Assembly (NCBI GenBank): GCA_964234715.1
Contig: OZ174290.1
DNA: 64,000 nucleotides
DNA from: Podarcis melisellensis
Lineage: Eukaryota
Direction: 5' to 3' (one strand)
The translations under genes were made by a program, and so were the position numbers. This document shows, one piece after another, positions 12,415 through 24,400 of the stretch. Numbering within the stretch: position 1 is the first letter of the stretch; each line of letters starts with the position of its first letter. The notes beneath the pieces are model-generated. The model worked only from the letters and a program-made list of their open reading frames with translations. It was not told the origin of the DNA and did no database searches.

Positions 12415-15400
12415 TACGCAGGAGCAGACGGAGAGGGTGTATAGCAAGCAGGTTTCTGGATTTGCTGTCCTGGAGACCAAACAGAGGGTCGCAGGAGAAG
12501 TACCAGCAGAAGGGGTGGTGTTCTAAGAATTGCTGGAGCTGCATTGGCCACAGCCCCAGTAAAAACATGAGTGTCATTCTGTGCAACAAAAGAGAAGGAA
12601 AGAGCAACTGGAAGAATTTACAATGGCAATGGGAACCCAGGGACTGAGACTTCCTTTTTCTTGCTCACACATTTCCAGGCTTGCTTTAGCCATCATAACA
12701 GAGAGGCGCCTTGTTTAGAAAGGAAAAAAATGCCAAATGAATAACATTCAGAAACATGGTTGCTCCACCTGCCCCCCACCCCCACGGCCACCAGGTCCAT
12801 CCCCAAACCCCAGGTAGGGGGGGGAAGTAGGTGCCACCTAAGATGGCCCCCTCTTTGCACACAAAGATACACCCACACCCAGCTCCATGAATCCATTCCT
12901 TTAAAATAAAATGCCTAACTCCAGCAAGCCTCTCTTCTGTAAACCTTGCCCCAGAGACCTCTGAAACCTCACTAACTCAGCCTGCAGGTTAAGCAGCCTT
13001 GCTCAGGGCAACTGCATTCACACAGGAGCCCAAATGCTGAAATGAAAAACAGAGTGTTCCTTTTCGCTCCTAGCGACTATCCAAATGCAGCTGGAGTAAA
13101 CAACGCATCATACGCCATTTTATAAAAAACAAAAATACTGTTAACTTTAAGGGATTCTATTTGTTGTTTATTCAGTTGTCAACAAGCATGTTTTAATGAC
13201 GACAGTGAGGGAGGAGCCTGTTTCAAGGAAATGAGGGTTTATTAGCGGTCAAAGCTGCATCATTTGGCTGCAGCCACCAATGTGCCCCTGCTTTCCAAAC
13301 AACACGCCCTCTGCATGTACGCCTGTTCCCCCTGCAAGTCTTTCTTCCTCTGCTGCCGCCCATCTCCTTGATTAAGTCGTTCATCTCACCCACATTAAGT
13401 CTGTTCGACCCACTTGCTGCACAGCAGGGGGGTTTTTTGGATGGGGGAGAAGAAAAATATCCTGAGCCTTCACTCTGCATATCCCAGCCCACCCCCCACT
13501 CTCAATTAAAGGGAAGATTCTCATCGCAGTTCCTCACCTGTAGAAAAACAAGATTTGCCTGAGGGGGGAAAGAATCAATACACTTCCTACCTGTTTAGTA
13601 ACTTACATCCCTCAATTACATTATTAAATGAACTGAACTCAAACGGCAATTACTCTCGCAAAGCATCAATAAAACATTGCAGCACCAGTCGCTCAGAGCT
13701 GGCCCATCGCCTCTTTCTGGAGCAGCACCACTTTCCAGGAATGGGATTGCTAGTCCAGGATCCCTGCTTGGATAGGAAGCATTGGCTTGGTTTAAACCCT
13801 GAAAACATTATTGTTGGGGGGGGGTTAAGGGTCATGTAGACTGCATCAGCTTATCTGGAAGGCTGTGGGTGCCTGTGTAGAAAGATGTCTCACTGGCAGG
13901 GAACTTGCCCTGGAACACACAACCAACCCTGCAAGGTTGGCTCCCAAGGGCAGCGGCTGGTTGACCCACAACCTTTAGAGGCTGGAGTCAGAGGGATCAA
14001 CCCTTGGAAATTCCAGTCCATCTGCAGCAGCTTTCCCCATCCTGGACCTCCCATCTTCCCCAGCCAGCATGGCCAATGGTCAGGGATGGTGGAAGCTGGA
14101 GGCCAAGGCTGGGGAAGGCTGATCAATGGTCAGGGCCAAAACCTTTTGGGGGGAAACCTGGAAATGGTATTAGCATGGGTGTTGGATGTATGTCGGTCAG
14201 CGCTGGGTGGCTACAGTAACAAAGGGAGGTGTGGAAGGCTGTGGCTTATGGCAAGAAATGGAGGCATGTCTCCCCCAGGAGAGGAGCCAAGCCAAGAATG
14301 ATACCAGCCCTGAGCAAGTAGGAAGAGCAAAGCCAAGGAGAAGAAAGTCGTAGACTCTTCCGAACTTCCCTCCCCCACATCAGAAGAGCAAAAAAGCATC
14401 TCCCCCCCCCATCAGATGCAGCTGCAGAGAGTAACCCAGAAATCTCAAGAGACTGCCATCGTCAGTTGAAGACTTGTCTGTGAAAATCTCCCAGGAGAAA
14501 TCTAATCCCATTATAGGGAGCGATAAGCAAAGGCTGCCTGGAGGGAGAGGAAGGCGAGACAAGGAGGAGGGGGCAGCCGGGAGGCAGGTGCGTCGTCACC
14601 TTGAGGAGTGCATAGGGGACATTGGGCCAAGTTCACGGAAATGAATGGACCTCATTTAGTCATGCTCCTTGGTTTCAGTAGGGCTACTCTGAGCAAAGCT
14701 TAGTGCAATACCACTAATGAAGTTTATCATGGCAGAAAATTGTCGGCTTCTGCCAATCATGTTAACATGCCGCACTCTGCTGCAGAGGAGACTTGGACTT
14801 TGAGAGATGGGGAAGGGTGTAGTTGGGTGTCAGTTCCTCAGCCCCAAACAGGCCGCCTCTTCTGCATGTTTCACTCTTTTAAATGGTAACAAAATGTAGG
14901 AATGACTGCAAGAGAAGGAGAGGGGCCAGCAATGCCTGACTCTGGGCTGGGCATGTAACCCTCCCTCCCACCCCACCCCAGCCAACATGGCTAGACTTTG
15001 GAATATCAAAGTCCAGAGCTTATGAACACACCCACAATATGACTCCTCTTGAGAAGGAGGAAGCAGCAGCTATAGCCCCCCACCCCCAGCTTCTCACTCT
15101 TCCTTTCAACAGCCCAAAGCAAACCCCACCAAGCACTCACCGGTTTGGGGCAGTGGATGTACCTGGCCAGGCTGATAATCAGGTCATGGGTAATTGGATC
15201 AACCAGGTTCCTGAAGCTGGCGTAGCGATACAGGACGTCATCCAACGAAGTTGACTCCATGCCCAGGTCCTGCAAAGGAGCAAAGCCAGTCAGGTGGGCA
15301 GGCACCTTGGAGTGTCTGTGCCAACCAGGCAAACATCAGCAACTGGGCAATGCCAGCAGCCACAGCCCTGCAATCATATCCAGAGCCTACACCCAAACAT

Positions 15401-18400
15401 TCAGGAAGGCTGCACTACAATGCCAATACCCCAATATTTGAGGATTTTAGGGTTGGGACCCAAGAAGCTCCATAAGTCTGGACGGACACCAGTAAGTAGG
15501 TAAGAGGTGCCAGCTGGATCAGGCCAAAGGCCTGTCTTCAGGGGCCACCCAGATGCCCCCAATGAGAAGGCTGCATTCTGCGCATGAGTGTAGGGGTCAG
15601 CAACCCTTTTCAGCCATGGGCTGGTTCACTGTCCCTCAGAGCATGTGGTGGCCCGGACTATATTTTTTTTGGGGGGGGGGGTAATGAAAGAATTCCTATG
15701 CCCCACAAATAACCCAGAGGTGCATTTTAAATAAAAGCACACATTCTACTCATGTAAAAACACTCTGATTCCCGGACCGTCCACGGGCCGAATTGAGAAA
15801 GCGATTGGGCCGCATTCGGCCCCCGGGCCTTAGGTTGCCTACCCCTGGTGTAAGAGCACCCCTGAAGTGGGAGAAGGAGCAGAGGTCATTTGACTCACTT
15901 CCTCACACGCCAACTGTTTGCTGAGGCACCTGATGGGTCGAATGGACTTGTAGGGCTGTGTGGGTCAAGGAGGGAAGGGTGAGTTTTCCCTCCCATTCAT
16001 CCACATTGCTCAGCCAGGTGGGTCACATCGATGTCCCCATGGCCCTGGACCAACTTCTGCTCCCTCACTCCTTGGCAGCTCCCCTTGCAAGAGGAGATTT
16101 GATCAGGCCCCTCTGAAAGTGAAAGGTCCCTGGTTGGCAGAACCCCAGGCACAGGCAGCAATGGGGAGCAGCCCCACACAGATTCAGGCCAATAGCTCAA
16201 CTGCATCTCCACTCTAACTTTTGAAAACAGGGGGAGGAGGGTGGGTGGCTGCTCCTTCCCACAGAAGGGGTCTTGGTGGGTGGGTGGGAGACAGCAATAT
16301 GAAACCTCATCAGCGCAATCCAAAAGGTTTCTTTCTGCCTGGGATCCCTTATGCTGCTCTGGGGAACCTGCTGCTTCCCCAATTTTCATTCATTCCAAAG
16401 TGCGACCTGAGCAGTGGTTGGATGGAACAGGGTGACAGAAACTGAACTCCTGCCAGCCCTGTCAGCTGGAGAAGGAAGGTGAGCCATCAAGTCTGGCAAA
16501 GCCACCCATTGACATTTGAAAACCAGCCAGGGTCAAGTGGAGGTTGCTGGGGGAGCAATTGCATCACGTCTCTGCGAGCACTTCTGGATCCTGTAAGGGA
16601 TGTTCTGAAACACAAAGCCCATAAAATTCTGCCCCTCTCCCATCTTGAAATGAGCATTCAGCGCACGCACGCACACACAAGCCCCAAATTGCTGCAGCAC
16701 AGTGATGCTTCCCCTCCCCACCCTATAGTTGAAACCTCCCCAAGTGAGAGCAGCATCCAAGCCAGATGAGCTCATCCCTGGCACAGTCTGTCACTGAGAG
16801 TCTGACTTGACTGGGCAAATTGCCTCCCAGCTGAGCACACTGGGCTATCTATCAACCAAGACGCCTGTTAACAAACCTCCCCAGTAAACAGGGGGAAGTA
16901 AGGGAGGAAGGAAGGTAGGTTTAGGGCCTGTGCTAATGGGCTCCTGTATCTGTTCTGAGGAGTGAAACCCCCTTCTGTGCAAGGACTTTCAGCAGCCCCC
17001 CTTTTATTGTAAGGAATTTTGTGCAAATACCCCCATAGCAAGAGCACCATGCACCCGCACAGCTTCTCTGTGCATGAAGTAAACTCCACCTCGTGATTTG
17101 CAGAAATACCCACTTTGTGTGCAAGAGGAATTCAGGGAGTTCCTGAGGCAGAGAAAGAGAGAGAGAGCTTGAAATGCAGAGGGGTCTCTTCCCACTCCTG
17201 AGATCATCAACTTGTTAAATGCTGGTGGGGGTGATCACATGCCCCCCTTTTTTTTGCTCTTCAGCAAAAAGACTCAACAAGCCATTTTAAATAGCATGAG
17301 AGAGAGAAGCTAGTTTGCTTGGTGGTTGGGCCCTTTCGTGGGCTAGTCCACAGGTATCATCAGTCCAGTGGCATAGCGTGGGGATGCAGGGGGGGCCAGC
17401 TGCAACATCTGGGGGTTAGGGTTAGAGGGCACAAATCCACGGGTTAGGGGGCACAAATTACTTGCCTTGCCCCGGGTGCTGACAACCCACGCTACGCCAC
17501 TGCATCAGTCTACCACCCCACCACAGAATTTGTCACTGGAATTGGCCTCAGTGGCTGGGAAGCTGGGACCACTTCACCTGAACCACCTTCAGCTGCACGA
17601 GGGACCAAGGCCACAGGGGCAGCTTCAAGCAAGTCATTTGCAACCACAACAGAAAGTCACAACAAGAAGAGAGAGAAACGAGGACACTCTTGTTCCAAAG
17701 CAGAGATGAAACGTGCAACACACAAAGCATCTTTTGGGCAGAATATGCAAAGAAAGAGAAGGAACTGCCAGACACAGACATCAGTTGAGCAACGGCGACT
17801 GACCGTTTCTGTCAAATTTGGCAACAGCAAATAATGAAGCAACAGAGCTGACACACTGCCTTTGTTCCACGAACAGGAAGCAAATCTTTAAGTGACCTGA
17901 CAACTTGGATAAGGGCTCCAGAAACCCGGGTTTCTCTACAAGTCAATGGACCTTGGGGTGGGGGGGAACAGAATGCAAGGCCTTTCTCATCCCCATCCAA
18001 AATAAAAATGCCCATCAGGAAGGATAGATGACACCAAGTGAGTGCCAAGCCTTGCCAAAGCCATCACCCAGAAGACAGCACTGATGACTGACGCCAGTCT
18101 GGGCAGAATTTGGGAGAAGAGCATTTTACCCCAGTGAAGACAGAGCTGCAGGTAATTCTCTTGAGGCCAAACTGCAAGCCTTTGCAAAATAGTGTCAACT
18201 TCTTCTGAGCTGTCACATCAAGGGTCCCCACAGCCCCCAGAGATGAATGTTTTTGAATAAAAGAGCCCGTATCATCCCAGCAGATGGCTGCCAAGGGCTC
18301 CCACACTGACTGTCTGGGCATATGACTCAAGTGGCCATGAGTCCTTGGTACCTCTGGGCCTGAATAGAGAGGGAGCAAGAGCAGCAGGACTCAAAGATAT

Positions 18401-21400
18401 GGATCCTAGGAGTTCTCCTGTCCCATAGGACAAGAAAGTCCTACCTTAAGAAACATTGGGCTCACTAAGAAACTGACCTGGACACTTTCCCCATTATCTC
18501 GGACATTAAAATAACCCTTGCCTGTCTCTCAAGGGATTCACATTTTAAGGTCCGAGCACCTGACCTCGAAGCGAGGCGATCATGGTGGGACCATGATTAA
18601 AGTTGGTGGCAGTCATGGGGTCCGATGACCTTGAGTCATGATGGGCAGGATTTTAAGGATTCCTGTTCTAGAGACTCTTTAGCTTGTGAAGACATCCTGG
18701 GAGCAGCACCCACTATTTTGGAGAGCTAGAGGCAAGGAATTTATACTCCCACATCCTTTTAACAGCCCAGCCCTCCCAGTTCTCCACTTCTTCCACCTTT
18801 CCCCATGCCAAATGACCACTCGTGGGGCTACCACAACCTGATTACAGGAAGAATGTTATTTCACTCCATATCGTCTCCCTAAACTTTTCCAATTGGCCTC
18901 CCACTTTTTTCCCATTAACATACTCAGTATGCAAATAGGGGGCTGTCATACAACTGGGATTTCCCAAATGTATATGGGATTCGTCCACTGAAAATAGCAT
19001 CTGGGTGGAATTTCTGAAAATTGGTAGAAAATGTCCAGGAAAACCTGGACATATAGCAACCCATGTCAGAAGTGTTGATTTCTTTGGCGAATTTCCTTAA
19101 AAATAGTTCAAAAACTTCAATTATGTGGCAACCCTAGGAATTATAACAGCTATCAAACTTCCTTCTGTCTCCCCACCTCCAGCCACCACTGAAACTCTAT
19201 TCTTTTCTGTCTCTTTTAACTACTTTACTTCCTCTTCCTCCTCCTCATACTGTAGCCAAGTCTGTTTCTCCAAATGGGCAGCTGCTGTTCCCTCTAGAAG
19301 TGCCATGCTCAAACCGTGAATGCCTTGCCTCCCCAACATTTGCCCACTTTAACAGACTCCCCACTCCTATACCCCCTTTTCCAAACTCCCGGCTGTTCTC
19401 TGGGCCCATCCAGCACAACTCAGGACTCAGGAAGGGGGAGCTAGTAACTGCCTGCCGGTTCCCAGGCCCTGAGTTCTTGCCCTCTGGCTCCTAGGGCAGC
19501 CCTTTCCTTGGAAGACGAACCAGAGCATCTTGAACTCCTTTGGGGCTCCTTATGTGAGGCGGAAGCAACCTTCCAGTCCAGGGCTCCGAGGCAGCTGGAA
19601 ACACACACTGCCCGACCCCTCTTTTGCTTAAGGCACTCAACTCCCACCTGCCCCATGATGGAAATTGTCCCCAGCAACAGCAGCTGCTGCTGCAGCAGCA
19701 GATAATTCTATTAAATGCTGCTACAGGAGGTCTCTCCAGTGGCTGTATGCCTGCTCCTCAGTGGCGTAGCGTGGGTTGTCAGCACCCGGGGCAAGGCAAG
19801 TAATTTGCGACCCCTAACCCGTGGATTTGCACCCCCTAACCCGTGGATTTGCACCCCCTAACCCGTGGATTTGCGCCCCCTAACCCGTGGATTTGCGCCC
19901 CCTAACCCCCAGATGTTGCGCCTGGTGCGGCCGGCCCCCCCTGCACCCCCCCATGCTACGCCACTGCTGCTCCTTGTACCCATCCCCAAGTGGGACTACT
20001 GGATCACAGGGTGCGGTAGGTGGGCCCGTCTCTGCCCCCCCAAAAACTCAGCCTCCAAAAGATCCACGCATCGCAGCCACTCGCTCATTGTCAGTGCCAA
20101 CCCTGTTTAGAAATCTCTCCCTTTGGGAGAAGCTGGAGGATAAAGCAGAAAAAAGCTTCCACAATAGCAGATTTGGGAGTGAGCTACAGTCACACTCGCA
20201 GCCGGCACATGGTACAGCCCCCTCCTGGGTCCAGGTGGGGAGGTCAGAAAGAGATCTACAGTGGTACCTCGGGTTAAGAACTTAATTCGTTCTGGAGGTC
20301 TGTTCTTAACCTGAAACTGTTCTTAACCTGAGGCACCACTTTAGCTAATGGGGCCTCCTGCTGCCGCCGCACGATTTCTGTTCTCATCCTGAAGCAAAGT
20401 TCTTAAACCGAGGTACTATTTCTGGGTTAGCGGAGTCTGTAACCTGAAGCGTCTGTAACCTGAGGTACCACTGTACATGGAAAGTGGAAGTCAGTGAGGG
20501 AAGGTCAGGGAAAAGAGCTGTCTCGCTCTTTCTCTTAAGAGCAGGGAGGACAAGGTTCGCTGCTTTCAATGCTCTTATTATTCAGATCCTTTTATTTCTC
20601 ACACCACACCCCCTGAAATCTTCCTCCTCTCTCTGCAGAAACAGCTCCCGGGGTCATTATTCTGTTCCTCCCACAGCCAAGGAAGAGGCACAGGGAAGCA
20701 GATGCAGAGGGGCTCCCGCCCAATGGTTCACACAGGCTCATCAGAGAGAAAACAAAGCAGGGGGGGACTCAGCGCTGCCCCTCCCCCAGCATCAGCGGAG
20801 AGAAACTGGCTGGGAAGCCGGAGCAGGAAGCAGAAGACTGCCAAGAGGATCCCTCCATCCGGCAGCACAGCGGGTGGGAGGGCAACAGAGGCAGCTGTGC
20901 CGCTTCCGGCCGGGGGGCGTGTGTGTGTAGAGGGAGCAAGATGGGACTCTGTGCTGTGGCAGAGGCAGCAGCAAAGTTCTCCTTTCCACTGAGGCTGCCG
21001 CTGCTGCCACCAACCTTCCCCCCTCCAACCCACCATCCAAAAAAACCAATCTGCATTTGCTGGGGAGTTCTCTTCTCACTTGGGGGGGGGCATTTGCCCC
21101 TAGAAATACAGTGGTACCTCGGGTTAAGAACTTAATTCGTTCTGGAGGTCCGTTCTTAACCTGAAGCACCACTTTAGCTAATGGGGCCTCCCGCTGCCGC
21201 CGCGCAATTTCTGTTCTCATCCTGAAGCAAAGTTCTTAACCTGAGGTAATATTTCTGGGTTGGCGGAGTCTGTAACCTGAAGCGTATGTAACCTGAAGCG
21301 TCTGTAACCTGAGGTACCACTGTACAAGCTGGACCCAGCCAGGGGAGGTGTGTGGCTGGTTGCTGGGATCGGTGGCCTGGTCTCCTATCCAAGCCAAGAG

Positions 21401-24400
21401 CGTTTTGAGTTGTGTTGGGCGGTGGGGGTGAGGACAGGTCTGCTTGTGCCCAATGCCTCCTGCTAGGAAGCTACCACACCTACCCTGCCATGTTCAAATG
21501 TGGGAAGGTGCTCTGCACATGCCTCAAGGCCTCTTGGAATCCTGTGCACCAAATGCAAAGCAAAGCCCCTTTCCCACTCTCCCTCTCCTTTTCTCCTCTT
21601 GTGATTGCTATATTGTCCTGCAGGTTGCTACTGGCCATGCTGTGCTTTCCCATCCAAAAGGAAGCCCAAGCGTTGAAGTGTGTGGGGTGTGCTTGGGTGA
21701 AATTATACAAATGAGAACCCCCCATAAGAGAGGAAGACCAGAATCCTCACACCTGCCCAGGCCAGGTCGCTGGGCTTCCCTCGCTGGATGAGCCCCAGCA
21801 TGGGGAAAAGCAGTTCTGGAGCTCAGCCATGGCTGGCTGGCAGAAAGCCCAAGCCCCCCCACCACCATGCCCAGGTGGCACAACTCCCCCTCCTTGAGCA
21901 GCTGACACACAGAGCCAAAGGGTTAGCTGCTTCCTGGCCCATCAGCAGCAAGCTTGCCCTGTCTGGGGAGCATCAGCACAAGCCTTTCCTTCTGCTTCCC
22001 CTTGCAGGATTTGACCTCCCGTCTCCACCATTGGATGTGCACCAGACCTCCCTGTCCCTGAACTTTCCATTATCCTCGCCGCTCACACATGGCTGCCCTT
22101 GGCTTTCGCTCTTCCCTCATCGCCTCTTCTCTCCCACGCAGCCCCCTGCTCCAAATGCAATTTCGCATCATTTAAGCCAAGATGGATTACGGGCGGGGTG
22201 GGGGAGGCAGTCCGCCCAAGTGCAGGCAAAGAGGCAGGCGGGGCCTCTCCTACACTCCCTGCCCTCCCCAAAAGCTTGCTTCTCCAAAACGGACAAATAT
22301 ATTTGCAAGGTATTATTTGCAAGAGCACAGGCAATGTGAGGAGCCTGTCCCCTGTCCCCCTGCACCTCACACTATGGAGAAAGCCAAATGAAAGATCTCC
22401 TCCTCTTCCTCTAGGTTCAATAAGCCCAGATTCTTAGTGAGCTTGTTTTTATTCCTTGCTAAAGAGGGATAAGCCGGTTTACATACTGGCATGAAGGTAT
22501 GCACTACACACATATCATGTATGCATGAACAAGTGTGCGCACACACAGTGCCTAGCTGAGAGGGGGAAAGGTGCATCAAGACCCCACGAAATGCCCTGGA
22601 AAGGCAGTTTTCCCACCTGCTCTCAGTTAAGCCTCTCTCCCCAGGTGCCAGCAGAGCTGCTGAACTCAGCCAGAACTGGAGATTCCTGCTAGAGCCAGGA
22701 ATCTGGAATATGCTCCCAGACCTGCTTACAACTCCAGGGCACTATCCCTTCTCCCTGGCTAGATGCACGTGGACACAGAGAGAAAGCTTCCAAGCCCAAA
22801 GCGAATGGTGAGGCAAGGCTTTTCAGTCAATTGACTTAGAAGTGGGGGTTGTCACACACAACACCCAGAAATCAGCAATGATAGAATACAAGCGCAGCAG
22901 GCATGGAACAGCTCGGAGTTAATGACAGACTCTCGCACCAAACTCACCTCTCAAGCAGCCACAAGGCAGCTCCATGGACAGACCCAGGAAGAGGTGCGCT
23001 CTGTCCTCTGCCCTGGCAAAAGGCTGGCATGCTGGCCATGGGGAAGGCAATTGTGCAAGGCGGGGTGGGGGACTTGCCTGCTACTGGGAGCTTGGAAAAC
23101 AGAAAGAAACTTTAAGCTTCCCACTCCCCAGAAAATCTCTTTTCTACACAATCCAGGCGGCAGCTGCTGCTGCCTTAAAGCACCCCAAGGACTGGGCTAC
23201 CCATTCCTGAGGCTGTCCTTGGGAAAAGATTTCCATCGGATCCACCAGCTAAGCCTAAGAGAGCTTAGGCCGTCACACAGAAGGATCAATATATGGACTG
23301 TTTGCAGGTGGGGGAAATCGTGCCCTGAATACGAAAGGAAGAATATAGCAGCCAACAGGCCCAGCACCACCCTTCTGGGAGGCTGCTTGGCAAGGAAGCC
23401 ACTGGGGTGTCTCCTGCCAAAGGGATTTTCTATGGACTTTAATACTGTTTTATTGGTTGGGGTTTTATTATTTCCTTGCCGTAGCTCTGCATGTGTTTAT
23501 GCGGAAAGGTTTAATGAAGGTCAGGATAGAAACCCACAACAGAGAGGAACAAGGCAGAGTCTGGTCCTCCGAAGGAGCAACCAGGAGGCGGCAGCCCATG
23601 CCAGCCATTTCTGAGCTGACCTCACTTCTGGAAAAGGAAGACTTTGGTGGCGCAGCAACCAGGAAATGTAGATGACCCCCTTGCCTCCCCTCATCCACCC
23701 GCTGTCACCTTCTCGCCACAATGAGGCCACCCCCCCCCCCACACACACACTCCAACTGTCCCCATTCACTTTCTGGCTGAGTTTTTCCTTCAGAGCTGAG
23801 CAATCTCCCTCTGGGTGCATGATGACACCCAGGAAGCAAAGCCGCTTAAGAGCTATTCCCCCTCCTGGAGAAAACGGGGGGGGGGCAGGGTGGATCAGAC
23901 TCTGCTGTTCCCAGGATTCTTTCAGGGACAAGGAGCCATGCAAGTTAACTAGCATAAAATTAGCATAAACAGGCTGCGTTCCCATAAGGCAACTTGCACG
24001 ATAGCTGTGCACAAAGCTGGAGGCTGTTCCCCTTCCCCCTCCTGGGCACACGTGCCTTTCTTCCTTTGGCAACGAAACACGCCAAGTCCTCCGCAAGGCT
24101 CCCGAGGCCGGCCCAGTCTCCCTCCCTGCCTTTAATTAATTTTCAACAAATGTAACTCAATTACTAGAAAGCCTTTGCGCACCACCACTGAAATGCGCTG
24201 GCTGGCCAGCCTTTGCAACCAAACATGCAGGCAGCTTGCCTCCGACCTCAGCAAACTCAGCCAATAGGGAGTTCCCTTCCCCAACCCTGCAGCCCAAGCA
24301 CACACTGCCCATTCAGCCTCTCTGGAATCCGCATCTTGCATGCATGGATCACAGACTGAGAAGGTGCAGTGGCCATTGGGAGGGAGAGGGCTCTGTGCCC

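Noticed and set aside
19803-19910. CRISPR-like or true telomeric array
   Set aside because: The units are contiguous with no unique spacers and sit inside a TIR/TSD-bounded MITE in eukaryotic DNA.
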